Source of the DNA: Acetobacteraceae bacterium
GTDB lineage: Bacteria; Pseudomonadota; Alphaproteobacteria; Acetobacterales; Acetobacteraceae
Assembly: GCA_965276755.1 (NCBI GenBank)
Contig: OZ255625.1
Span: forward strand, 1,020,784-1,084,783
DNA: 64,000 nt
Reading direction: 5' to 3'
Positions 42,447 to 51,872 of this stretch are shown here, one piece after another. A model generated the notes under the pieces. It saw nothing but the letters and a program-made list of their open reading frames with translations. It was not told where the DNA came from and ran no database searches. A program made the translations under genes and the position numbers. The stretch's first letter is position 1; every line of letters begins with the position of its first letter.

Positions 42447-42635
42447 ATGACACAGGTCAAGCCTCCCCGCGATTGGGTCAGCCAGGCCGCCGGCCTGGGT
42501 GCCGCCGCCTTTCTGCTGACCGGTCTCGCCTACGCCTTTGCCGGCCCCGCGGTGCGCGCGGTGGCAAAGCCTCTCCAGGAGGTCTGGGTGACGATCGTGC
42601 GGCCATCCCCGGCGCACGCCGCCAAGCCACACTGA
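42447..42635 (+). CDS. Small membrane hypothetical protein
   Basis: 62 aa, one hydrophobic helix, directly upstream of the aminotransferase. Confidence 0.45.
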   Translation: MTQVKPPRDWVSQAAGLGAAAFLLTGLAYAFAGPAVRAVAKPLQEVWVTIVRPSPAHAAKPH

Positions 42636-42644
42636 ACGGCCGCC

Positions 42645-43799
42645 ATGCTGAAAATCGGCCGCGGCGCGCACGCCCCGCCCTTCCTGGTCATGGACGTCAT
42701 CGCCGCGGCCAACCGCGCCCAGGCCGCCCTGCCCCTCGCCGCGCCGCACATCATTCGCATGGAGGTCGGCCAACCCGCCACCGGCGCGCCGTTCGGCGCC
42801 GTCCGCGCGGCCGAGGCCGCACTCTCGGCCATGCAAACGCTCGGCTACACCGAAGCGCTGGGCAGGCCCAGCCTGCGCGCGCGCATCGCAGCGCACTACC
42901 TGGATTGGTACGGCCAAACCGTCGACCCCAGCCGCATCGCGGTCACAACCGGCGCATCGGGCGCCTTTCCGCTGGCCTTCCTCGCCGCCTTCGATCGCGG
43001 CGACCGCGTGGCCCTGGCCGCCCCCTACTACCCGCCCTACGTCAACATCCTGCGCGCGCTCGGCCTGCAACCCGTCATCCTGCCCGCCAGCGAGGAGAAC
43101 CGCTTCCAGCCCACCCCCGCCCTGCTCGACCGCCTGGACCCGCCGCCCGCCGGCCTGATCATCGCCAGCCCCGCCAATCCCACCGGCGCCATGCTCCACC
43201 CCGGCGAGTTCGCCGCCCTGGCAGATTGGTGCACCGCAAACGGCGTGCGCATGATCAGCGACGAAATCTATCACGGCCTGACCTGGGGCACCGTCGCCTG
43301 CACCGCGGCAAACGTTCCCGGCGCCATCGTGATCAACAGTTTTTCGAAATACTTTTCCATGACCGGCTGGCGCGTCGGCTGGATGGTCATGCCCGAGGAT
43401 CTGGTCCGCCCCATCGAATGCCTGGCGCAAAACTTCTTCATCAGCGCACCGCACATCAGCCAGGTCGCGGCCGAGGCGGCGTTCGATTGCGCCTTCGAAC
43501 TCAACGAAAACCTGATCCGCACCCGCGGCTCGCGCGCCCATCTGTTGCGCCATTTGCCCGCAGCCGGTTTTCCCCACCTGATCCCGCCCGAAGGCGCTTT
43601 CTACATCTTCGCGGACATCTCCGAGCGCAGTCGCGACAGCCTGGCCTTCTGCGCGCGCATGCTGGCCGAAGTGGGTGTGGCCGCCAGCCCGGGCGTGGAT
43701 TTCGACGCCGAGCGCGGCGGGCATTTCGTGCGGTTCAGTTATTGCGGTCCGGAGATCGATATGCGCGATGCGGTGCAGCGTTTGGCGGGGTTTGGGTGA
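42645..43799 (+). CDS. Class I/II PLP-dependent aminotransferase
   Basis: ASPANPTG, ISDEIYHG, NSFSKYFSMTGWRVGW motifs. Confidence 0.93.
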   Translation: MLKIGRGAHAPPFLVMDVIAAANRAQAALPLAAPHIIRMEVGQPATGAPFGAVRAAEAALSAMQTLGYTEALGRPSLRARIAAHYLDWYGQTVDPSRIAVTTGASGAFPLAFLAAFDRGDRVALAAPYYPPYVNILRALGLQPVILPASEENRFQPTPALLDRLDPPPAGLIIASPANPTGAMLHPGEFAALADWCTANGVRMISDEIYHGLTWGTVACTAANVPGAIVINSFSKYFSMTGWRVGWMVMPEDLVRPIECLAQNFFISAPHISQVAAEAAFDCAFELNENLIRTRGSRAHLLRHLPAAGFPHLIPPEGAFYIFADISERSRDSLAFCARMLAEVGVAASPGVDFDAERGGHFVRFSYCGPEIDMRDAVQRLAGFG

Positions 43800-43830
43800 G
43801 GCGGCGCGGCAAGGAAAGGTGAGCAGAAGG

Positions 43831-43867
43831 TTGGGGGAGATGTGCCATCCCCCCCAAACCCCCCGTC
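43831..43867. repeat. Family A half
   Basis: TTGGGGGAGATGTGCCATCCCCCCCAAACCCCCCGTC. Confidence 0.9.
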
Positions 43868-43981
43868 ATTTTATTTAGGCCAACAGCCTCCACCTAAGTG
43901 GGAACGACAGGGTGTATCTGCGAGCCCACGCGAATCGACAATACTTACATAGGTCAAGCACATATTGACCGTTAAACGAAA

Positions 43982-45046
43982 TCAGAGAGCGCCCATTTGC
44001 CTAAACATATCGAGCATCCTAGCGACATTTCTAAGCTTCGACAATTGGTGAGGCTGTATGGGATCTGGCGCAAAGTGCATAACTTCATTCCTTATCTTAT
44101 TGACGTCGCTTAATTCCGAACAGAATGATGACCTATCAAGTTGGAGATTTATCCTTCCCCAGCTTTCCACGTGTTCAAATATCCGAACATAGTTTCCGAA
44201 GTTCAGGTCGGCGACCCCGACAACGTCTCTTCGAAGATTCACTTCTCCGCAAGCAATCCTAATCTCATCGAGCGTCAGCCTTGAACCAATCAATGAACGA
44301 AGATTATTCTCAATTTCGGCCAAAAGTAGAAACGGCGTGCTAATCAATTCAAATTCTAATGCGATATCGTCCGCAGTAACGATACCGGCGATTTTATTGT
44401 CTTTTGAGCGTGTGAGTACGTAATTATGCTCGCGAATAACCTGTATGGCAGTGAATAATGACGCTGATAGACTGAGTTCATGATGACTTTCCATATACGA
44501 CTGCACGTCTGGACCACTTTTGTTAACCGCAAGTCGCGCGCCAATGGATGCCCAACTTACGACACCCTTTACATCCCGTTCGGTCGTCATGACAGGAATT
44601 TGGGAAAAGTCTCTCACTAGCATCAGCGTCATTGCCTCTTTTAAAGTGGCGTTCGGCGCGACGCTAGTGGGCTTTATTGTTGCAGAGAGTATTCTTCCAA
44701 TCCGGAAAGAGGGGTCATCTGACACGGTCACCTCCGACGCATCCTGTTTGTCAGCAGCGCTAGAGGTCTGCGCTTGGCTATCATCAGTAGCATCGCCCGA
44801 TGAGGAATTCTCCTGGTGTTTAGAGATCAATTCGAAGGTGATAGGATTATCGATCCACGTATCCAGGTAGCTAGGCACAGTTCGTAGATCAGCCTCAGCC
44901 ATCTTGCCGTTGATGTGCTCAACATTCCATCTTGTACGCCTCATTACGTGGAACCAAGAAAGGAAGGTTCTAACGGTAACAGGAACCGCCGTACGACCCT
45001 CGACAAGCTCTTGCGCAACTTCGTCGAGTTGGGGAATATCGGACAT
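43982..45046 (-). CDS. CBS-pair + HEPN domain protein (AT-rich, probably acquired)
   Basis: CBS repeats (EAMTLMLVRDFSQIPV...GVVS; VLTRSKDNKIAGIVT..DI) and a C-terminal RNEVMH (Rx4H) motif preceded by LAEIENNLRSLI. Confidence 0.8.
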   Translation of the reverse strand: MSDIPQLDEVAQELVEGRTAVPVTVRTFLSWFHVMRRTRWNVEHINGKMAEADLRTVPSYLDTWIDNPITFELISKHQENSSSGDATDDSQAQTSSAADKQDASEVTVSDDPSFRIGRILSATIKPTSVAPNATLKEAMTLMLVRDFSQIPVMTTERDVKGVVSWASIGARLAVNKSGPDVQSYMESHHELSLSASLFTAIQVIREHNYVLTRSKDNKIAGIVTADDIALEFELISTPFLLLAEIENNLRSLIGSRLTLDEIRIACGEVNLRRDVVGVADLNFGNYVRIFEHVESWGRINLQLDRSSFCSELSDVNKIRNEVMHFAPDPIQPHQLSKLRNVARMLDMFRQMGAL

Positions 45047-45183
45047 ACAAACGACCTTACGAACTTTCTTGCTGTCAATCTTACGGGGAACAAGATAGAT
45101 TCACAAGAGTTGAAGCGACGACCTGCACTCAGACATGTCTACATTGCTGTAGCAAAAGAGGGAATGTTTATTTGCCCAACCCC

Positions 45184-46320
45184 TCACGCCCGCGCGTGCG
45201 CCACCCGCACATGCGCGCCCTCGGTCACGCGCGATGCACCATCGGTCACCACCGCCTCCCCATCCTGCACACCCGCGCTCACCACCGCGGTCGTCTCGGT
45301 CTGCTGGGCAATCGTAACCGTGCGCCGGGACGCAACGCCCTTGTCATCGACCACGAAAACAAAAGCACCGAGCGGTCCGCGCTGCACCGCCTGCGTGGGC
45401 ACGGTCAGCACATGGCCGTCCGTGCGCAGCAACAGGCGCACATTGACAAACGCGCCAGGCCAAAGTGTGAGCCCGGCATTTGGAAATACCGCCTTCAGCT
45501 TGATCGTGCCGGTCGTCTGATCGACCTCATTATCCAGCACCGAGACATAGCCGTGATCGATCGGTGCGGACGCGTCGCCACTCTGCGGCAGGGCCGTCAC
45601 CGCCGGCCGGCCCGCGCGCATGGCGGCGGCGACATCTGGCAGCGTTTGCTGAGGCAGCGTGAAAACCACGGTAATCGGCTGCAGCGTGGTCACCACGGTA
45701 ATTGGCGTCGTATCGGTCGAATGCACCAGATTGCCCGCATCGACCTGACGAATACCCGTGCGTCCCTGCACGGGGGCCACGATCGTCGTATAACTCAAAT
45801 TCGTGCGCGCGGTATCGATCTGCGCCTGGTCCTGGCGCACCAGCGCCTCGTCCTGCGCCACGGTCGCGCGCTGGGTATCGGCCTGCTGCGCTGTCGTATA
45901 CTGCGTCTTTGCCAATTTGGCATAGCGGGTCAGATCAACGCGCGCGTTCGCCAGCGTCGCCTCGTCCTGCGCCTTTTTCGCCACCGCCTGGTCATACGCC
46001 GCCTGATACGTGCGCGGATCGATCAGCGCGAGCACATCGCCCGTGCGCACGTCCTGGCCTTCGTGGAATTTCACCGCAATCAGCGGGCCATCGACCATCG
46101 GGCGGATATTGACCGTGTTCAGCGCCTGCACCGTGCCGATGCCATCAACGGTCACCGGCACATCGGCATACGCTGCATGCGCGGTCACCACCGGCACCAC
46201 TGCCTGCGCCGCGGCCGCATCATGGGCCGCAGTCTGCGCCGCCTTCTGCCCGCTGCGATACCAGACCAGCACGCCAATGATCGCCAGGCCTGCGATGACG
46301 AAAAGCAGAAAGCGCCTCAT
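45184..46320 (-). CDS. RND efflux periplasmic adaptor (MdtA-like)
   Basis: GIGTVQA, EGQDVRTGDVLA.IDPR, DNEVDQTTGT, LWPGAFV motifs. Confidence 0.92.
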   Translation of the reverse strand: MRRFLLFVIAGLAIIGVLVWYRSGQKAAQTAAHDAAAAQAVVPVVTAHAAYADVPVTVDGIGTVQALNTVNIRPMVDGPLIAVKFHEGQDVRTGDVLALIDPRTYQAAYDQAVAKKAQDEATLANARVDLTRYAKLAKTQYTTAQQADTQRATVAQDEALVRQDQAQIDTARTNLSYTTIVAPVQGRTGIRQVDAGNLVHSTDTTPITVVTTLQPITVVFTLPQQTLPDVAAAMRAGRPAVTALPQSGDASAPIDHGYVSVLDNEVDQTTGTIKLKAVFPNAGLTLWPGAFVNVRLLLRTDGHVLTVPTQAVQRGPLGAFVFVVDDKGVASRRTVTIAQQTETTAVVSAGVQDGEAVVTDGASRVTEGAHVRVAHARA

Positions 46321-46351
46321 GACTGCCCGGCCTGGGAGTAAAAAGCAAAGA

Positions 46352-46452
46352 CTGGGGGGAATGTGCCATTCCCCCCAGACCCCCCGTCATCAGTTGAGAC
46401 GAGATCTTGAAAATAGACGGGGGGTCTGGGGGGGAAGGCACATCTCCCCCAG
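46352..46452. repeat. Family A inverted doublet
   Basis: Linker ATCAGTTGAGACGAGATCTTGAAAATA; lies between co-oriented efflux genes. Confidence 0.92.
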
Positions 46453-46468
46453 CTTTGTCTTGCCCTGC

Positions 46469-47926
46469 TCATGACCGCGCCTCCGGCGCACCCGCGGGCA
46501 CGGACCATCCGCCGCCCAGCGCCTTGTAGAGATTCACCAGCGAGAGAAAGCGCGTCACCCGCACCTGGGCCAAAGCGTCCTGATCGTTGAACAGAGTCGT
46601 CTCCGTGTTCAGCACGGTCACGATATCGACCGTGCCGGCCAGCAATTGCGCGCGCGCAATGGTCGCCGATTGCTGGGCGGTGCGCACCGCCTCGGCCTCC
46701 AGCGCCTCCTGATCGGCGGCAAAGCTGGTGGCCGTCAGCCCGGTCTCCACATCGCTCAACGCCTGGATGACCGCCTTGGTATAATCGGCCGCCAGCTCTG
46801 CAAAGCGCCCCTTCGCCTCGCCCAGCGTGCCCGATTTCAGCCCATTGTCGAAGATCGTCTGCGTCAACTGGCTGGCAAGGCTGGCAATCACCGTGCCTGG
46901 CCCGGTAATCGTGGAAAGTGCGAGGCTGGACAACCCCCCCGAGGCGGTCAGCGTCAGGCTGGGGAAGAAGGCGGCATAATCCTGGCGCACAGTCTGGTTC
47001 TGCCCAATCAGCTGCGCCTCGGCGTAGGCCACATCGGGCCGGCGGCGCAGGATGGTGGCGGGCAGGCCGGGTGCCACGGCAGGCAGGCGCAGATCGACCA
47101 GGTGCACTTCGCCCAAGGCAATGCGTTCGGGCGCCTCGCCCACCAGGATCGCCAGCGCGATCACCTCCTGGCGGAACTGGCTTTCCAGTGCCGGCAAATT
47201 GGCGCGCTCGCCGGCCACCAGCGCCTCCTGCTGGCTGACATCGAGCGCATCGGCCGTGCCCACGCTCAGGCGCGCACGAAAGGCGTCCAACACGGCGGCG
47301 GCATCGTGCAGATTGTTCTGGGCGATGCGCAGCCGGTCCCGGTAGCCCAGCGCCTGAAAATAGGTGGTGGCGATCGAGGAGATGGTGGTCAGCCACACCG
47401 TCTGCGCGTCGTAGCGCGAGCCGCGCGCCAGGGCCACGGCGGCGCGGTAGGCGTCCAAATTCATGCCCCAGAAATCGACCTCGTAGGAGGCGTTGAGCTC
47501 GGCTGTGTAGAGGCGTGTCTCGGTGTAGCGGTGCCCGCCTTGCAGACCGGTGAGAAATTGCGCCGACTGGCCGCTGGCGCGGCTGCCCGTGCCGGTGCGC
47601 TGCCAGCTCTGGTTGCCGGTGCCGGTCACGCCCGGCAGCAGCGGGCTGCCGGCCACGCGCGCGGCCTGGTCGGCCTGCACCACGCGCGCGGCGGCCGCAC
47701 GCACGTCCGGACTGCCGATACGCGCCAGCTCGATCAGACGGTCGAGCTCGGGGGCCTTAAAGCCGCGCCACCACGCGATGTCGGGCGGGGCGGCCGGCGG
47801 CTGGGCGGGCGAGGAGTAGGCCAGCGGCACATCCAACGCAGGCCGGTGATAGTGCGGGCCGACGCCGCATCCAGCCAGGCTTGTGCAGGCAAGGCACCCC
47901 GCCAGCAGGGCGCGGGGGGTGGTCAT
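46469..47926 (-). CDS. NodT/OprM-family outer-membrane efflux lipoprotein
   Basis: Lipobox LAGC, WWRGF, YEVDFWG, RRPDV, LYKALGGGW motifs. Confidence 0.93.
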   Translation of the reverse strand: MTTPRALLAGCLACTSLAGCGVGPHYHRPALDVPLAYSSPAQPPAAPPDIAWWRGFKAPELDRLIELARIGSPDVRAAAARVVQADQAARVAGSPLLPGVTGTGNQSWQRTGTGSRASGQSAQFLTGLQGGHRYTETRLYTAELNASYEVDFWGMNLDAYRAAVALARGSRYDAQTVWLTTISSIATTYFQALGYRDRLRIAQNNLHDAAAVLDAFRARLSVGTADALDVSQQEALVAGERANLPALESQFRQEVIALAILVGEAPERIALGEVHLVDLRLPAVAPGLPATILRRRPDVAYAEAQLIGQNQTVRQDYAAFFPSLTLTASGGLSSLALSTITGPGTVIASLASQLTQTIFDNGLKSGTLGEAKGRFAELAADYTKAVIQALSDVETGLTATSFAADQEALEAEAVRTAQQSATIARAQLLAGTVDIVTVLNTETTLFNDQDALAQVRVTRFLSLVNLYKALGGGWSVPAGAPEARS

Positions 47927-47996
47927 GTGGGCGGCATGTCTGGCGGCGGTTCCGTGACGGGCAGTAGTCCAGATGGACTTGCCGCAGGAAGAAAGT

Positions 47997-48137
47997 AAAG
48001 GGAAGGCCTTCTTTTTTGAAAAAAAGAAGCAAAAAACTTTTGTCACTTTATGTCACGGCTCCTGTTTGAAGTGTCTCGTGGTCCAAACAGATAAAAGTCT
48101 TTTTGCTTCTTTTTCTTCAGAAAAAGAAGAACCTTGC
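47997..48137. repeat. Inverted pair of family B repeats
   Basis: CTTCTTTTTTGAAAAAAAGAAGCAAAAAACTTTTGTC ... ATAAAAGTCTTTTTGCTTCTTTTTCTTCAGAAAAAGAAG. Confidence 0.87.
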
Positions 48138-48168
48138 CCTTTTGTGTGCGCAGTGAAACTCTGCCGCA

Positions 48169-49383
48169 ATGCGCCCGCTCTCCCGCCGCGCCGCCCTGAC
48201 CGGCAGCCTGTGCCTGCCTTCGCTGTCCGCCCGCGCCGCGGCCGGGCTGACGATCGGTGTCCTGACCGACCTCTCCGGCCCGTATAGCGACATTGCCGGC
48301 GCCGGCTCGATTGCCTGCGTGCGCCAGGCGGTGCGCGAAGCGGCCCAGGCCGGTCTGCCCGCGGCCACCATCATCAGCGCGGACCATCGCAACGATCCCG
48401 CCGCCGGTGCCGCCATTGCGCGGCAATGGTATGCATCGGGCGTCGATCTGATCATCGATGTGCCCAATTCGGCCGTGGCGCTGGCCGTGGCTGCGGTGGC
48501 GCGCCAGGCCAACCGCGCCTACATCAATTGCGGCGCCGGCAGCACGGCGCTGACCGGCGCGCAATGCGCGCCCACAACAATCCACTGGTCGTACGACACG
48601 CACATGCTGGCGCGCTCCACAGGCGGGGCGCTGACGGCGCATGGCGGCAGCACGTGGTTTTTCGTCACACCCGATTACGCCTTCGGGCATGAATTGCAGG
48701 CGCAGACAAGCGCGCAGGTGCAGCAGGCGGGCGGGCGAGTCTCGGGTGCGGCGATCTATCCTTTTCCGGCAACCCGCGATTTCCGGCCTTTTCTGCGCCA
48801 GGCAGCGCAAAGCGGCGCGCAGGTGCTCGGATTGGCCAATGCCGGCACCGATGTCAGCACGTGCGTGTCTCAAGCGCGCACGGAAGGTATGACGGAAAAT
48901 CTGCGCGTGGCGTGCCTGCTGATGCAGATCGCCGACGTGCACAGGCTGGGATTGGAGTCGGCACAAGGCCTGATGCTGACAGAGAGTTTCTACTGGGATT
49001 TAAATGATCGCACGCGCGCCTTTACGCAGCGATTGCTGGCCGCCGAACCGGGCCTGCATCGGCCGGATATGATCCAGGCCGGGTGCTATGCTGGCGCGCT
49101 GCATTTCCTCAAGGCGGTGGGCGCGCTTGGTGCGGCGGGCGCGCGCGGCGATGGCGCGGCGGTTGTTGCGCGCATGAAGGCGGTCGGCACGGATGACGAC
49201 GCTTTTGGCGGGTGTCGCATACGCCATGATGGGCGCGTAATGGTTTCGGCGCTGCTGTTCGAGGTGAAGTCGCCTGATGAAAGCGGCGGTGATTGGGATT
49301 ATTACAGGTTGGTTTCGACAGTGGGGCCTGACGAGGCCTTTGCGCCGGAGGCGCAGGGCTTGTGCGTGATGGCGCGTGGTTGA
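48169..49383 (+). CDS. ABC transporter substrate-binding protein (LivJ-like)
   Basis: IGVLTDLSGPYS, ADHRNDP, TWFFVTPDYAFG, FYWDLND motifs. Confidence 0.9.
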   Translation: MRPLSRRAALTGSLCLPSLSARAAAGLTIGVLTDLSGPYSDIAGAGSIACVRQAVREAAQAGLPAATIISADHRNDPAAGAAIARQWYASGVDLIIDVPNSAVALAVAAVARQANRAYINCGAGSTALTGAQCAPTTIHWSYDTHMLARSTGGALTAHGGSTWFFVTPDYAFGHELQAQTSAQVQQAGGRVSGAAIYPFPATRDFRPFLRQAAQSGAQVLGLANAGTDVSTCVSQARTEGMTENLRVACLLMQIADVHRLGLESAQGLMLTESFYWDLNDRTRAFTQRLLAAEPGLHRPDMIQAGCYAGALHFLKAVGALGAAGARGDGAAVVARMKAVGTDDDAFGGCRIRHDGRVMVSALLFEVKSPDESGGDWDYYRLVSTVGPDEAFAPEAQGLCVMARG

Positions 49384-49727
49384 TGCGCTACTTGAATTTG
49401 CTTCTCGCGTGTGCAAGCGGGATTTCAGGTTGCGCCCAGCGCCATCCGGAATCCCCACCGCCTGCAACCACTTCGGCAATGACGGCACCACTGGCGACGC
49501 GCTCTCAAGTGGCTGCGACCGTCACGGTAGATTGCATTATCGAGACCACCGGAATTCCAGATTCGTGTCGCATTATCAGTAATAGCGGCCCTCCTGCTTA
49601 CGCCGCACGCGTCATGGCTTGGCTGACGGGCCCGAACCCGCCTCGCTATACGCCTGCACAGCGGCACGGGACCACTGCACGAGAGGACCACCGTTGGACA
49701 GTACAGTTTAAGCCTTCCTCAAATTGA
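49383..49727 (+). CDS. Hypothetical lipoprotein, TonB-C-terminal-like
   Basis: Lipobox-like ISGC; V.VDC.IETTG...CRII. Confidence 0.5.
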   Translation: MRYLNLLLACASGISGCAQRHPESPPPATTSAMTAPLATRSQVAATVTVDCIIETTGIPDSCRIISNSGPPAYAARVMAWLTGPNPPRYTPAQRHGTTAREDHRWTVQFKPSSN

Positions 49728-49803
49728 GGTGGTCGGTCTCCACCGATAACGATAACGGGCTGCCGTGCAGAATCCGCCTCAGTGGCCTGTCATGTGTTCC
49801 TGC

Positions 49804-50064
49804 CTAGACGGCTTGAACCGCCGTGCGGGAACGGGTCTGGTCGCCTCGTCCAGCTAGCAAGCCATCAATTGAAATATCCTCATCCAAAGCTTCCCAATGC
49901 AGCCCGCGTGTGCTGATCCTCGCCTGCTGGCGTTGCCGGGCCGAGCCGTGCAGCAAGCGCGGGAACCAGGCGAGCGGAACACCCAGGGTGCGTCCGTCCG
50001 AAAGCTCGATCCACATGCTGTCCTCGTCAAATCGGACGGCATTAGCCCTCACCACAGAAGTCAT
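49804..50064 (-). CDS. DUF2442-domain protein (antitoxin-like)
   Basis: LSDGRTLGVPLAWFPRL...GLHWEALDEDISIDGLL. Confidence 0.88.
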   Translation of the reverse strand: MTSVVRANAVRFDEDSMWIELSDGRTLGVPLAWFPRLLHGSARQRQQARISTRGLHWEALDEDISIDGLLAGRGDQTRSRTAVQAV

Positions 50065-50118
50065 CGCATGCGCTCGCGATCTCGTCCCGGGACGGCGCGT
50101 CTCTCGCCGCTTACGACA

Positions 50119-50490
50119 TCACCCCGCTTGGCCTTGGGCTGCCCTTGCTGCTTGCCTTATCGACAGCCGCGCTTCAACCTCTCCTTTGCCGGCGCGTCGC
50201 GGATGGACGTTGACGGCCACTTCAACTTCCTGGCCAAGGCGTGCCAGAATGGACATCAAACGATCGATTGTAAAGCGGTCCAGCTTCACCTTCCGGATAC
50301 GCGAAAAATCCGCCGCAGCAATGCCCGTCAACTCATGCGCCTCGCGTACCGTCAGCTTGCGGTCGTCCAGCACGCCGATGATCCGGGCGGCAAGCAGTGC
50401 GCGAAGTTGCTCGCGGTCGGCATCTGGATGATCAAGATCGCGGAACACATTGCCGCTCCCGCAGACAAGCTCAAAATCTTGATCGCTCAC
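50119..50490 (-). CDS. XRE-family HTH antitoxin (HigA-like)
   Basis: GSGNVFRDL, LTVREAHELTGIAAADFSRIR, FTIDRL motifs. Confidence 0.88.
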   Translation of the reverse strand: MSDQDFELVCGSGNVFRDLDHPDADREQLRALLAARIIGVLDDRKLTVREAHELTGIAAADFSRIRKVKLDRFTIDRLMSILARLGQEVEVAVNVHPRRAGKGEVEARLSIRQAARAAQGQAG

Positions 50491-50834
50491 TTCAATCTGT
50501 CCCTCAACTGCTTCAGCCGCACCTGAACCAAATCAATCTCCTGTTTGGGAGTCCTAATCCCCGATTTGGCTTTCTTGTGAAACGCATGAATAACCCAAAT
50601 GTCAGCACCAATTTGCAGCGCATAAACGACTCGGAACGCCTCTCCACGATGCTTCAACGCCAGCTCCATCACGCCGGAGCCGAGGCCAATTAAGGGCTTG
50701 GCAATGTCCGGCATACGCCCTTCCGCAAGAACAGTGAGCGCCCGGCTACTTCGGTCTGTGCACCCGCGGGGGAAATCGTCGAACACCTTCCGGGCGGCTT
50801 TGATCCAGCTTACCGGGCGTGAATTCCCGATCAT
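50487..50834 (-). CDS. RelE/HigB-like (phage Gp49/DUF891-type) toxin
   Basis: AKPLIGLGSGVMEL, FRVVY, VIHAFHKK, TPKQEIDL motifs; upstream of the antitoxin. Confidence 0.88.
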   Translation of the reverse strand: MIGNSRPVSWIKAARKVFDDFPRGCTDRSSRALTVLAEGRMPDIAKPLIGLGSGVMELALKHRGEAFRVVYALQIGADIWVIHAFHKKAKSGIRTPKQEIDLVQVRLKQLRDRLK

Positions 50835-50846
50835 GTGAGAGGCCTT

Positions 50847-50864
50847 GTTGTCATATTTGACAAC
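50847..50864. promoter_or_regulatory. Palindromic operator of the toxin-antitoxin operon
   Basis: GTTGTCA-TATT-TGACAAC perfect inverted repeat just upstream of the toxin start. Confidence 0.65.
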
Positions 50865-50929
50865 GAAAGTCAAGCACCTTGGTCACCGAAGAGGTTAAGG
50901 CTGAAGGAGGTAGAGGCCACAACTGGCAT

Positions 50930-51700
50930 TCACTTCTCCACGAACGCCTTCTCGATCACATACTCGCCGCTCGCCGTATTATTCCCCTCGACCCACCCCC
51001 CAGCCTCAAACCAAGCATTATAGTCCGCCAGCAACCCCGGGCTGCCGCACAGCATCACCCGATCCACCGTGCGATCCACCGGCGCCAAACCCAACTCCCC
51101 CGGCATACGTCCCGAAAACAGCAATTCCGTCACCCGCCCCTGATGCCGAAATGCCTCGCGCGTCACAGTCGGATAATACAGCAATTTATCGGCCGCGAAT
51201 TCGCCCAGCAGCTCATGCTCGGACAACGCCGTAATCTCGGCGTCATAGGCCAATTCGGCCACGTTCCGGCACCCATGCGCCAGCACCACGCGATCGAATT
51301 TCTCATACGTGTCCGGGTCGCGAATCAGGCTCATGAACGGCGCCACGCCCGTGCCGGTCGCCACCATGTACAAATTGCGCCCGGGCAGCAGGGTTTCGGG
51401 CAGCAGCGTGCCCACCGGCTTGCGCCCGATCAGCACGCTATCGTTCACGGCCACATGCTGCAGCCGGCTGGTCAGCGGACCATCGGGCACCTTGATGGAC
51501 AGAAACTCCAGATGCTCCTGCCAATGCCCGCTCACCATGCTGTAGGCGCGCAGCAGCGGCCGGCCGTCCACGGCCAGCCCGATCATCGTGAACTGACCGC
51601 TCTTGAAGCGGAAGGTCGGGTCACGCGTGCAGGTAAAGCTGAAGAGCGTGTCGGTCCAGTGATGGACCGAGAGGATTTTCTCATCGAAGAAGGCACTCAT
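50930..51700 (-). CDS. fpr: Ferredoxin--NADP+ reductase
   Basis: HHWTDTLFSF, RAYSMVS, GPLTSRL, TGTGVAPF, MLCGSP, EKAFVEK motifs. Confidence 0.95.
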   Translation of the reverse strand: MSAFFDEKILSVHHWTDTLFSFTCTRDPTFRFKSGQFTMIGLAVDGRPLLRAYSMVSGHWQEHLEFLSIKVPDGPLTSRLQHVAVNDSVLIGRKPVGTLLPETLLPGRNLYMVATGTGVAPFMSLIRDPDTYEKFDRVVLAHGCRNVAELAYDAEITALSEHELLGEFAADKLLYYPTVTREAFRHQGRVTELLFSGRMPGELGLAPVDRTVDRVMLCGSPGLLADYNAWFEAGGWVEGNNTASGEYVIEKAFVEK

Positions 51701-51758
51701 ACGAACGTCCGGGGCAAAGGAGCGCGCGACATGGCGCGCGCTGGCAAAGGAAGCAAGG

Positions 51759-51858
51759 CTGGGGGGACCAAGCCGGTCCCCCCAGACCCCCCGTCGATTG
51801 TAGGACTTCGTTCTAAATAGTGACGGGGGGTTTGGGGGGGATGGCTCATCCCCCCCAA
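51759..51858. repeat. Family A inverted doublet
   Basis: GGACCAAGCCGGTCC stem variant plus GATGGCTCATC variant; linker GATTGTAGGACTTCGTTCTAAATAGT. Confidence 0.9.
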
Positions 51859-51872
51859 TTCTGCACTTGCCT

